This document shows, piece by piece, positions 40,471 through 49,680 of a stretch of DNA of 64,000 nt (its first letter is position 1; each line of letters opens with the position of its first letter). Below the pieces are notes generated by a model. That model was not told where the DNA came from and ran no database searches. It saw only the letters and a program-made list of their open reading frames with translations. The position numbers and the translations under genes are program-made. The DNA lies in the IMG/VR virus record IMGVR_UViG_3300027374_000478, positions 64,001 to 128,000 of that record, one strand, 5' to 3'. The DNA is from a virus. Taxonomy: Duplodnaviria; Caudoviricetes.

Positions 40471-41042
40471 ATTCTGCTTGTGGCGAAGAAGTAATATGTA
40501 TTGATGATACACAAGGTTTTGATGGTGCTAGATTTTACAAAGATTATGTTCCAACATTGCGAAGTCAAAGAAGCGGATTAAAAGTTGCTTGTATTAAAGA
40601 TAAAGAATATTTAGATATTTGTATCAACGATAGAGGAAAGGTAAATAAAAAACCACAGATAACATATGGGCATTCGCCAACACTTATTTCTGAATTTCAT
40701 GGGAATTTACCAAAAGTTGTTGAGGTAAGAGGTGCCGCTATGCGTGGTAGGTACAATTCAGATGGAAAAACAGAACAGAAAATAGAAGTAAGAGATGATG
40801 AGTTGTCTAATGCAATTACAACTGTACAGAAAGACTCGTTAATTGTAGAAAATAAGTCTTGGTTCGAAAAGAAATATACAGAGTTTTATGAGAAATATGG
40901 TTATATTCCAGAATATTTTGTTCCATATAACGGAACTGAATGTAAAGATTATGCATCGACTTTAACTGCAAATTCTAATACAAGTCCAACACATTCTGGG
41001 ACGATTTTAATTATGGAGATTGGCAAAGAAAAGAAGTCTTAA
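40449..41042 (+). CDS. MTase variable-region (TRD-like) module, probably a -1 frameshift extension of the upstream MTase
   Basis: PTL/STL repeats ('VPTLRS','SPTLIS','NAITTVQKD','ASTLTA'); no SD; open from a slippery site at 40443. Confidence 0.65.
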   Translation, partial: YQTTSGVNSACGEEVICIDDTQGFDGARFYKDYVPTLRSQRSGLKVACIKDKEYLDICINDRGKVNKKPQITYGHSPTLISEFHGNLPKVVEVRGAAMRGRYNSDGKTEQKIEVRDDELSNAITTVQKDSLIVENKSWFEKKYTEFYEKYGYIPEYFVPYNGTECKDYASTLTANSNTSPTHSGTILIMEIGKEKKS

Positions 41043-41062
41043 AACCCACGTTTCAAAGGAAG

Positions 41063-41761
41063 GTGATTAATATAAATATTGAGCATAATTGGATAGAAAC
41101 ATTTATAACAGAAAGTAAGAAAAAAGAATTAGAAATAAGAAGGAAAATTGATAAACAAAAAACAATCATGAAAACAATTACTAATGAAGAATCTAGCGTT
41201 GTGGATGATTTTTGCATGACTTTACAAAGACGTTCTTCGAGTTGGGGTGATTTTATTGTAAGTTTGGATAAAGTAAATGAAGCATTATTAGCTGGAATAC
41301 CATTAAGAGAAATAATTTATAACTATTTAGAAAATAAAAAATGTTCAAGTTATGGAGGAGAGAATATGATGGATCATTATGTCGGAGCATTTAATACAGA
41401 AATGTTACCAATTGAAAAAATTTTAACATGTAGAGAGAAAGATATTAGAATTGTAGATGTAAATCTAATTGTGCCAGACAAGGTTGTAGAAGTTACATTT
41501 GCAGATGGAACAAAAGAGAAATCTGTATGTAGAGAACCTGATACATTCAGTTTGGAATCTGCAATTTCTATCTGTATTTCCAAGAAGATTATGGGTGGAT
41601 CATCTGCTTATAATAATGCGATTAGACGTGGTATGAAGGTCTATGAGAAGAAGTTAGAGTATGCAAAGAATAACACAAATCTTCCAGATAATCCAGACTA
41701 CAAGCGGATCAATGAATTTGTAGCAAGTGTGAATGAGAGAGTTGTGAAAGGAGAAGTATGA
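41063..41761 (+). CDS. hypothetical protein, possibly chimeric
   Basis: 232 aa; internal SD GGAGG before MMDHY; C-terminal segment resembles the tail of phage nucleotidyltransferases. Confidence 0.55.
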   Translation: MININIEHNWIETFITESKKKELEIRRKIDKQKTIMKTITNEESSVVDDFCMTLQRRSSSWGDFIVSLDKVNEALLAGIPLREIIYNYLENKKCSSYGGENMMDHYVGAFNTEMLPIEKILTCREKDIRIVDVNLIVPDKVVEVTFADGTKEKSVCREPDTFSLESAISICISKKIMGGSSAYNNAIRRGMKVYEKKLEYAKNNTNLPDNPDYKRINEFVASVNERVVKGEV

Positions 41762-42471
41762 AGAGACAGATTAGAAGAAATGTTTTTGAAACAAATTCGA
41801 GTTCTATGCATAGTTTAACAGTTATGAAGAGAGATGATAAATATACTCCAGAAGAATTTTTAGACGGAATATATTTATGTAAAGACGAAGATACAGGCGA
41901 GGAATCTTGTGTTTGGGAGCCTTGGGATCACGATTTGGAATTTGGTAGGAGTCCATTTAGGGCTTTGGGAACATTTACAGATAAATGGTTGTATGCGTGT
42001 GCTTCGTTGGTTCATGACTATAATGATGATGTTTATAAAGAACTCGTTGCACTTGCATTGAAATATATACCAGGTCTTAAAAAGATCAAACTGCCAATGG
42101 ACAGTGATAGTATTGCAGATAAAAATGATGAAGAACATAAAAACGATGACTATTATCAGAAGTATGGTAAGACAGAAGATGAACTAAAAGAATATTTATC
42201 ACAGAAAGAAAAGGATTGGGGTTTTGAACTTGAGTATTGGAAATCTTCAAATGGCTGGTGGCATTATGACAAACCATGTACAGGATATGTTGATGAAGAT
42301 ATTCTAAGTGGATTTTTAGAGCATGAAGGTATTTCTCTTGAAGAATATCTTATAAATAAGAAATATGTCGTCATTCAAGACGGTGATGAATATTGCTATT
42401 GGGACAATATGAAGCAAACAGGGCTAGTAAATATGGATATGATTGATCATGAATATCCAAGAGAGGATTAA
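41758..42471 (+). CDS. acidic protein with N-terminal 'RRNVFETNSSSMHSL' motif
   Basis: motif shared with the next two genes. Confidence 0.8.
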   Translation: MKRQIRRNVFETNSSSMHSLTVMKRDDKYTPEEFLDGIYLCKDEDTGEESCVWEPWDHDLEFGRSPFRALGTFTDKWLYACASLVHDYNDDVYKELVALALKYIPGLKKIKLPMDSDSIADKNDEEHKNDDYYQKYGKTEDELKEYLSQKEKDWGFELEYWKSSNGWWHYDKPCTGYVDEDILSGFLEHEGISLEEYLINKKYVVIQDGDEYCYWDNMKQTGLVNMDMIDHEYPRED

Positions 42472-42478
42472 GGGATCA

Positions 42479-42925
42479 ATGAAAAGGAAGATTAGAAAAG
42501 GTGTATTTGAAACAAATTCGTCTTCGGTTCACAGTTTGGTTATTTCTAATGAGGGCAGGGAACCGAGTGAATTCAAACTGAATAAGGATGGAGAAATAGA
42601 AATTGATTTTGGACAGTTTGGAAAAGACAAACGTATTTATACATCACAATATGACAAACTTTCCTATCTGATTACTTGTTTATATTATCTGTCAGGATAT
42701 GATATATCTGATATTTATGACAAGTGGGAATTTAGAGAAATTCAGGATGCTATTTGTAAATATACAGGTGCGACAGGAATTAAGATTTTAGGAGAACAGG
42801 AACCAGAGATTGATCATCAGTCGCAGCCCTATGGCAATATTGAAATTGTCAATGTTTATGATGAGGATGCGGTTATCAATTTTGTATTCAATAAGTATGT
42901 GTCATTAAAAACAGATTGTGATTAA
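42479..42925 (+). CDS. protein with N-terminal 'RKGVFETNSSSVHSL' motif
   Basis: shared motif; 'IDHQS' near the C-terminus. Confidence 0.8.
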   Translation: MKRKIRKGVFETNSSSVHSLVISNEGREPSEFKLNKDGEIEIDFGQFGKDKRIYTSQYDKLSYLITCLYYLSGYDISDIYDKWEFREIQDAICKYTGATGIKILGEQEPEIDHQSQPYGNIEIVNVYDEDAVINFVFNKYVSLKTDCD

Positions 42926-42941
42926 GGAGGAAGTTTATTTT

Positions 42942-43313
42942 ATGAAGAGGGAAGTAAGACGTGGAGTATTCGAGACAAATAGTAGTTCAGTACATAGTTT
43001 AACAATGTGTTCTGGAGAAGAGTACAAAAAGTGGGAGAACGGCGAAGTATTATATTGGGAAGAGGAAAATAAATTTGGAACCAAAGAAGAAATCATTGAA
43101 GAAATGAAAAAAATGAAGTGGCATGATGGAACACCACGATATGAAAAGGTTAATTGGGAAAATGAGGATACAGTAGATGATATTTTTTCAGATGAAGGAA
43201 TCAAAACTTGTGAAAAATATTTTGAAAATGATTGGTATGAGACATATGAGAAAAAGTATACCACTCAAAACGGTGAAGAAGTTGTAGCATTTGGATATTA
43301 CGGTCACGATTAA
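42942..43313 (+). CDS. protein with N-terminal 'RRGVFETNSSSVHSL' motif
   Basis: shared motif; SD AAGGAGG. Confidence 0.8.
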   Translation: MKREVRRGVFETNSSSVHSLTMCSGEEYKKWENGEVLYWEEENKFGTKEEIIEEMKKMKWHDGTPRYEKVNWENEDTVDDIFSDEGIKTCEKYFENDWYETYEKKYTTQNGEEVVAFGYYGHD

Positions 43314-43328
43314 GAAAGGATGGTAGAA

Positions 43329-44222
43329 ATGAATCTGTTGGGAATTTATAAGAATGGGAATTTTACCACTAAGTTATTCTCAGATGGAACCAAGATTAGA
43401 GAAACAGAAGATGATGAGTTTATCCCTGATTTTGCAGAGAATATGGATATCAAGATAAGTAATTATTGTGATATGGGATGTAATTTCTGTCATGAGGGTA
43501 GCACAAAGAATGGTAAACATGGAGATATTCTGAACCAGAAGTTTATTGAAACTTTACATCCGTATCAGGAGGTTGCGCTTGGTGGTGGTGATGCAACGAG
43601 CCATCCAGATCTGATTCCATTTTTACATAAGCTGAAGGATAGGAAAGCCGTTGTAAATATGACCGTAAACCAGCGACACTTTGAACAGAAACAGGAATTG
43701 ATTAAGAAGTTGGTTGATGAAAAACTAATATATGGTCTTGGTGTATCTCTTGTAAATCCAACAGATGAATTTATATCACTAATTCAGCAATATCCAAATG
43801 CAGTTATACATGTGATTAACGGTATTCTCAAGCCTTCAGACGTAGAAATGTTATTTGATAAGAATTTGAAGATGCTTATCCTTGGATATAAGCAGTTAAG
43901 GCGTGGTGGTGAATGGTATAGTGAGGATCACGAAAATATCATTATTAAGCAAATGTGGCTGAAAGAAAATCTTGGTGGAATCATTGAGCGTTTCAAAGTA
44001 GTGAGTTTCGATAATCTGGCTATTGATCAGCTTGAAGTTAAGAGATTAATGAGCCAGGAAGAGGGGGATGAGTTTTACATGGGGGATGATGGCAGCATGA
44101 CATATTATATTGATATGGTTGAACAGAAATTTGCAAGAAGTTCTACTGCCGATTTTGATAAGAGATATGATTTATTGGACTCTGTAGATGAAATGTTCAA
44201 AAAGATAGTATCTGAACAATAA
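43329..44222 (+). CDS. radical SAM enzyme
   Basis: CDMGCNFC (CxxxCxxC), 'ALGGG...HPD', 'NMTVN'. Confidence 0.9.
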   Translation: MNLLGIYKNGNFTTKLFSDGTKIRETEDDEFIPDFAENMDIKISNYCDMGCNFCHEGSTKNGKHGDILNQKFIETLHPYQEVALGGGDATSHPDLIPFLHKLKDRKAVVNMTVNQRHFEQKQELIKKLVDEKLIYGLGVSLVNPTDEFISLIQQYPNAVIHVINGILKPSDVEMLFDKNLKMLILGYKQLRRGGEWYSEDHENIIIKQMWLKENLGGIIERFKVVSFDNLAIDQLEVKRLMSQEEGDEFYMGDDGSMTYYIDMVEQKFARSSTADFDKRYDLLDSVDEMFKKIVSEQ

Positions 44223-44226
44223 AAAT

Positions 44227-44274
44227 ATACCATATATAGTGTTCGGTTGGATGAATGGTTGCTATATATGGTAT
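44227..44274. promoter_or_regulatory. tandem NrdR-box-like sites
   Basis: ataccatatatagtgt and ttgctatatatggtat, 32 bp apart. Confidence 0.65.
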
Positions 44275-44319
44275 AGAAATGAAATCGAGATTTTAAGGCA
44301 GAAAAAGAGGTGATAGATA

Positions 44320-45438
44320 ACGAGAGTTTACAAAGAGAAACAGTTCTTAATATTTGATTTTGAAGATGGAAGGACTGTCAAATATGATTTTGCCACAAAA
44401 ACTTGTATAGGGATCAAAGGTAAACCAGTAAAAGGATTGCAGAGCCAATTATCAGGCATAACAATGAATCAGATAATTGAGTATTGTGCTGATGAAAAAT
44501 ATGCTAAATTTCTCAAATTTGTACAGAATAGATACCCAAATTACATATCAAATATAGGTACAATTCTTTCAAAAGTTCCACAGTATTCAAAATTTGAACA
44601 GATATTTTCAGCAGGATTCGATAGTATTGTAGATAGAAATTTTACAAAAACAATCAATGATATTCCAAAATCTTTAATCAAAATAGCGAGAGATAGACAA
44701 ATAAAAATATCAGATAGATTTTGTGATTATTGGAAAAGAAATCCTGATGCTCATTTTCTGGCGTATCAGCTTGATTATATATCTTTAACAGATGAAGACA
44801 TCAATAAAATTTTAATGAGAGAAAGTTATGATTATGTTGATGGGATTAGTAATTACTTTTCCTATTTTAATAAGTTGATTGAAGAATATGGATATAATCC
44901 GAAAGCATTGTTGCTGTATCTTGACACTCTAAAAACTTTTGAAGCAATAGAAGATATGCGTCATTTACTTGGTGAATTGGTAGATTATGCAAGAATGATG
45001 AATACGATCAGTCCAAAATTTGATAAATATCCACGGAATTTTCTTACTACACATAAGATTGCATGTAGAAATTATAATAGATTAAAGAAAGAATTTTCTG
45101 AGGAGATATTTAAGACAAGAATAAATAAGAATTTGGAATGTATATTTGGGGATTATCAGTTTATTTATCCTGATAGCACACAAGAAATTAAAGATGAGGC
45201 AGTAGCACAAAATAACTGTGTGGCTTCTTACATAGATAAAGTTATTGATGGAGAATGTCATATTATGTTCTTGCGTAAGAAATCTAATCCTAAAGAGAGT
45301 CTTGTCACTATTGAGATACGAAACAATCATATTGTACAAGCCAGAAGAAGATTTAACGATCCTGTAACATCAGAAGACCAAGAAGCAATTGATAAATGGA
45401 ATAAAAAATTTGCAGATAAAGAAAGGAAAACAGCATGA
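44320..45438 (+). CDS. PcfJ-like domain protein (probable ACG/ATA start)
   Basis: C-terminal 'EIKDEAVAQNNCVASY....IMFLRK.....SLVTIEI....IVQAR'; frame open from 44317 after SD GAGGTGA. Confidence 0.75.
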   Translation, partial: TRVYKEKQFLIFDFEDGRTVKYDFATKTCIGIKGKPVKGLQSQLSGITMNQIIEYCADEKYAKFLKFVQNRYPNYISNIGTILSKVPQYSKFEQIFSAGFDSIVDRNFTKTINDIPKSLIKIARDRQIKISDRFCDYWKRNPDAHFLAYQLDYISLTDEDINKILMRESYDYVDGISNYFSYFNKLIEEYGYNPKALLLYLDTLKTFEAIEDMRHLLGELVDYARMMNTISPKFDKYPRNFLTTHKIACRNYNRLKKEFSEEIFKTRINKNLECIFGDYQFIYPDSTQEIKDEAVAQNNCVASYIDKVIDGECHIMFLRKKSNPKESLVTIEIRNNHIVQARRRFNDPVTSEDQEAIDKWNKKFADKERKTA

Positions 45439-45869
45439 TTACAAAAGGAAATGAGATTAGGCTGATTAAGCCGATGGGAGTATTTGATAATATCGGAGAA
45501 GTTTGCGAAGTGACAGATGTATCAGAAGATGGCGTTATCAGTTTTAAATTTGGTGGCTGTCATCTTGGGTGTATGTCTTATAACGAATTTGAAAAGTATT
45601 TTGAATTAGTAGAGAAGGAAGTATCAGAAGAAGAAAGTGATGAAGATGCTGATTCTATGGCAGAAAATAAAGAAGTGTATGACTTAATTGAGTGGTGTAA
45701 AGAGAATGATAAACCATTTTATCTAAAGCTATATTTAAATGTACTGGAAAAGAGAAATGGTATTACACAGTCAATTCTTGGAATGTATAAAAATAGGTTA
45801 TGTTTGGTGCAGTTTAAGAATAAAACTTTCAAGGATTCAGATTTTAGTGGATTAAAAATTATGCTTTAA
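45435..45869 (+). CDS. hypothetical protein (3' end overlaps the retron RT stop)
   Basis: 144 aa ORF, SD AAAGGA. Confidence 0.6.
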   Translation: MITKGNEIRLIKPMGVFDNIGEVCEVTDVSEDGVISFKFGGCHLGCMSYNEFEKYFELVEKEVSEEESDEDADSMAENKEVYDLIEWCKENDKPFYLKLYLNVLEKRNGITQSILGMYKNRLCLVQFKNKTFKDSDFSGLKIML

Positions 45870-46842
45870 TAGTAGCATTGCGAACATGATTATAAATATT
45901 ACTGAATTTTGTTGGTTCAGTTTGTTGTGCGGCCACTATTAAACCCTGAAGTCTCTTTTGAGAGTGTTCGTCATTTGGATTATTCTTATAATTACGCAAT
46001 TCATTCATTACTTTATGGCTTAATGAGTTAGGAATATTGAGGTTCCCATTAGGAGAAATGATAGTTCCAGTAACAGATTTTGGATAAGTATTTGTATAGT
46101 ATTTTACTTTTGATCTTGAAAGCCTATATAAATATTTAGAAATAATATTATAAATTATTTCTTTGTGCTTGTGTGAAATTTCGTGTTGTGAAGAAAAGGT
46201 AATATCATCTACATATATAGACATAATTATCTCATTTTTATCACAAAAATTTTGTAGTTCATCAAACATATTATGATTCGCTAAATAAGATAGAATTTGA
46301 CTTGCAGGAGAACCGGAAATTAAATGATTTGTAGTTTTTATTCCCTTAGATAAAAGGAATTGCTCAATAGGTTCTGATTCCTGAATATCACATAAAGTTA
46401 AGTCAATAGTAACAAAATTAGTGAGAATATTGGCTATATCAGAAGGTGTTTTTAAATCAACTTTAAAAAAATTATACACTGTTTCACGAGTTATACATGG
46501 GAAAAATGCTGTTAAATCTATTTTAAAAAGAAAATTGCAGTTTTGGTGTATAGCAGCATTATCAACATAAGATTTTCCTTTTATACCAGAGAATGCATTT
46601 GAAGGAACTTCTATTTTATTTAATTCGCATTTTATGTTTTTCTGAATTTTTTTAAGAGAATCCGAAGGAGCTTCAATTAAACGAGGTTTTGGATTTGCTT
46701 GTATATATGGATTAATCTGCTTTGCAACAAAATTTTGATTTAGATATTCTTTTGTAGGAACTTTTAAAAGTATCATTAAATATTTTTTGGTGGATAATTT
46801 ATACAAATTTGATTTTGTTGGATCTATCATAAATAACCTCAA
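45859..46842 (-). CDS. retron-type reverse transcriptase
   Basis: NAAIH (retron region X, NAxxH), KIDLTAFF, SGSPASQ, YVDD, VTG (region Y). Confidence 0.9.
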   Translation of the reverse strand: MRLFMIDPTKSNLYKLSTKKYLMILLKVPTKEYLNQNFVAKQINPYIQANPKPRLIEAPSDSLKKIQKNIKCELNKIEVPSNAFSGIKGKSYVDNAAIHQNCNFLFKIDLTAFFPCITRETVYNFFKVDLKTPSDIANILTNFVTIDLTLCDIQESEPIEQFLLSKGIKTTNHLISGSPASQILSYLANHNMFDELQNFCDKNEIIMSIYVDDITFSSQHEISHKHKEIIYNIISKYLYRLSRSKVKYYTNTYPKSVTGTIISPNGNLNIPNSLSHKVMNELRNYKNNPNDEHSQKRLQGLIVAAQQTEPTKFSNIYNHVRNATIKA

Positions 46843-46862
46843 TATTCAAATAAATGCTGGTG

Positions 46863-47042
46863 TTAGTTAGAAACAATGCTGATTAACGAGCGAATAATAT
46901 CAGCTAATGTTTCAGAACTACAGTTAGACATAATCAGTGCAAGTAGAACAATTAATGATACAGAAATAATCACCATTTTTTTAGTAATACGAACCTTTTT
47001 GTGGATGTCAATAGTGATTTCAAATTTATCCGCCTTTTTCAT
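46863..47042 (-). CDS. 59-aa single-TM protein, putative retron effector/accessory
   Basis: SD GGAGGTG; MKKADKF...MVIISVSLIVLLALIMSNC...; lies between the ncRNA and the RT. Confidence 0.65.
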   Translation of the reverse strand: MKKADKFEITIDIHKKVRITKKMVIISVSLIVLLALIMSNCSSETLADIIRSLISIVSN

Positions 47043-47117
47043 TGGCTTCACCTCCTTGTTATTATATTGGCTCCATAATGGAGTCTCCCCAGTCCTCAAA
47101 TAACAAAGAGATATGAT

Positions 47118-47350
47118 TATAGCGTATATCTACCTTACACCAGCAAAATTCTTCTCCCCGTAAAAGCACTTTATTATACTTCTCTTGAAAGAAGTATGTA
47201 AAGAGCATGTGATGACCTGTGCTGTCGGGGAGGATGGCACAGGATGATACCGGTGGTACAGAGCCTGTCCATCCTAAAAAATGCTCATAAATCATTGAGC
47301 ATCCATTCGTTATATAAAATAACGAACCAAACGGGAGTAAATCTGCTATA
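47118..47350 (-). ncRNA. putative retron msr-msd RNA
   Basis: terminal complementarity (tatagc/gctata; ctccccgt/acgggag) enclosing hairpins ttcgttat/ataacgaa, atgctca/tgagcat, cctgtgc/gcacagg, atacttct/agaagtat. Confidence 0.7.
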
Positions 47351-47367
47351 TAACACTGATACCTATA

Positions 47368-47396
47368 ACTATATACCAATTTGTACCAAATGTCAA
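47368..47396 (-). promoter_or_regulatory. SigA promoter of the retron operon
   Basis: minus-strand TTGACA-17-TATAGT; a LexA-like AAAC-N4-GTTC lies at 47406-47417. Confidence 0.7.
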
Positions 47397-47645
47397 TGAA
47401 AAAACAAACATAAGTTCTACAAAATTTTTATAAAGAGGTGACAAATTATGTGATAAAAAAGGATAAAAACAATTATAGATAAGAAATATAATATACACTT
47501 GGCTATCTACCAGAGTGTTCAATCACTCAATCAGATAAATTTTGTTGTTTTCATTTTAACCTCTTTTTTTTGGAATGTTCAAGTTTGTGGCTTGAGCATT
47601 CTGATAGGTAGTCAAGTGTGGAAAGGAATATATGGAGGTGGTATA

Positions 47646-48410
47646 ACGGACAGATTAGGCGAAACAAAAAGTAATAATAAAGGTACTTTAATGAAAATAG
47701 TTTCTTATAGAAGTAGCGAGGATCTTGATGTTGAGTTTATAGATGATTTCCATCATATAAAGAAACATCAAACATATGTAAATTTTCGAAGAGGACAAAT
47801 CAAAAATCCATATGATAAAACAGTATTTGGCATTGGTTATTTAGGTGCAGGAAAACACAAAATGCAATATCTAGATACAAAGACAAATACTAAAACATAT
47901 ATGTCTTGGAAGAATATGCTTGATAGATGTTATGGAAAACAAAATAGAGATTTACATCCAGCATATTTCGATATATCTACTGTTTGTAATGAATGGCTCA
48001 ATTTCCAAACATTTGCTGACTGGTATGAAGAAAGAGAATATAAATGCGATGGCAGATTACATTTGGATAAAGATATTTTACATCCAGGGAATAAGGTATA
48101 TTCTCCAGATAACTGCATTTTAGTTCCTCAAAGAATTAATATGCTATTTGTAAATAAACCAAATAACCGTGGTCTTCCTAATGGCATTAAAAAGTGTGTC
48201 AGAGGATACTCTGCAAAATATAATCATGAAGAACTTGGTAGTTATTTGACACTTGAAGAAGCATATTCTGTTTATGTTAAAAAGAAGAAAGAAGATATTA
48301 TTAAAATTGCCAACGAGTACAAAAATATTATTCCTGATTATGTTTATGAAGCACTTATTCAGTATGAATTCAATATTGAAAATGATAAGAATTACTGCAA
48401 GATAGCATGA
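47646..48410 (+). CDS. phage HNH-like/homing-endonuclease-type protein (probable ACG/ATA start)
   Basis: 'SWKNMLDRCY','VCNEWLNFQTFADW','LDKDIL...NK.YSPDNC.LVP..IN'. Confidence 0.7.
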   Translation, partial: TDRLGETKSNNKGTLMKIVSYRSSEDLDVEFIDDFHHIKKHQTYVNFRRGQIKNPYDKTVFGIGYLGAGKHKMQYLDTKTNTKTYMSWKNMLDRCYGKQNRDLHPAYFDISTVCNEWLNFQTFADWYEEREYKCDGRLHLDKDILHPGNKVYSPDNCILVPQRINMLFVNKPNNRGLPNGIKKCVRGYSAKYNHEELGSYLTLEEAYSVYVKKKKEDIIKIANEYKNIIPDYVYEALIQYEFNIENDKNYCKIA

Positions 48411-48460
48411 GCATAACCCAAGGAAAAATCTGTTTTATCACAAGTTTGGAGGTGATATAA

Positions 48461-48706
48461 ATAATTACAAGAGAAGTAGATATTGAAATGAATCCACGAG
48501 AATTAGTTGAAGAATTTTGGAACATGGACTCAGAACAGCAAGCGAAGTTTTTTAATGAATTAGCAAATATTATTGAAGAAAATCAAGGTAGAGGTGTAAT
48601 GCAATTAGATTACATATCATTTGAGCCTTCATTGTATCCATATGGAGCAAGACTAATCAGTATGTTGGCTGAACGAGTAAAAGAAGGAAATAGAAAATCT
48701 AAATAA
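48461..48706 (+). CDS. hypothetical protein (probable ATA start)
   Basis: SD GGAGGTG then in-frame ATA ATT ACA... Confidence 0.55.
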   Translation: MITREVDIEMNPRELVEEFWNMDSEQQAKFFNELANIIEENQGRGVMQLDYISFEPSLYPYGARLISMLAERVKEGNRKSK

Positions 48707-48766
48707 CACGGAAAGGAATAAAGGTGCTGCTGCCGTGAGATGATCATACCTTTCTGGGTGAAGAAA

Positions 48767-49485
48767 ATAAAATACGTTGGAAGTAAAAACAGAATAAGCA
48801 AGTATATTGTACCTATTATTCAAAAGTGTATTGACGAAAATAATATAAAAATATATTATGAGCCGTTTGTTGGTGGGGCCAATATGATTGACAAGATTAA
48901 ATGTGAAAATCGTATTGGTAATGATATACATAAAGAATTGATTGCAATGTGGAATGAAATTCAGAATGGTTGGGAAATACCATTGCATATTTCAGAAGAA
49001 GAATATAATAAAGTTAGAAATAGTAAAAAAGATTATCCAGATTATTATGTAGGTCTTATAGGGTTTAATGCAACTTTTGGGTCTAAATATTTTGGTGGGT
49101 ATGCAAGAGGATTTAAAGCAGACAAAGTTACACCAAGAGACATCCCAAATGAAGCATTAAGAAACTTATCAGAACAAATTCCCAATATACAAAATATTAA
49201 ATTTTTATGTAGCGATTATAGAAACAATGAGTATGCTAATTTACGGGATGCAGTTATTTATTGTGATCCTCCGTATCAAGGTACAACTAAATATGCTACA
49301 GATTCATTTGATTATGATATGTTTTGGGATTGGTGTAGAAAAATGAGTAAAGAAAATTGGCTTTTGTTAGTGAATATAATGCTCCTTCGGATTTTGAATG
49401 TATTTGGTGCAAAAATGTTACCACAAGTTTAAAAGTTCATGAACATGAAAGCAGAGTAGAGAAATTATTCACATATAAGAAATAG
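48767..49485 (+). pseudogene. Dam/D12-class DNA adenine methyltransferase with a frameshift near the C-terminus
   Basis: KYVGSK, YEPFVGG, YCDPPY; the expected 'FVSEYNAP.DF.CIW...VEKLF' tail is in the -1 frame from ~49360. Confidence 0.75.
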
Positions 49486-49680
49486 AAATATTCCTTGAAA
49501 AGCCAATTTCATCGGTAAAATTATCATCTGTATAGAATGTAAAAGATAGTAACCAAAAGAAATTATATTTTTATTGGCAGTTGCAAATGTTAATAAAAAT
49601 CAGCAATTCAGCAAACTATGAAAGGAGTTATACAAGTAATTCTAGGTAAAATGTATGCGCATACCTTGTAAGTACAATAA

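Noticed and set aside
34822-46842. Either RT as a group II intron maturase
   Set aside because: Both are short and lack an evident domain X/En or intron domain V. One has a TR/VR pair and DGR motifs; the other has retron NAxxH/VTG motifs.
39021-49670. SAM-III (SMK) riboswitch at the two leaders containing GAAAGGA...CCTTGTA
   Set aside because: Only partial word similarity. The anti-SD CCC and the ACCG..GGGG SD elements of SMK are missing, so they are reported only as an unknown leader family.
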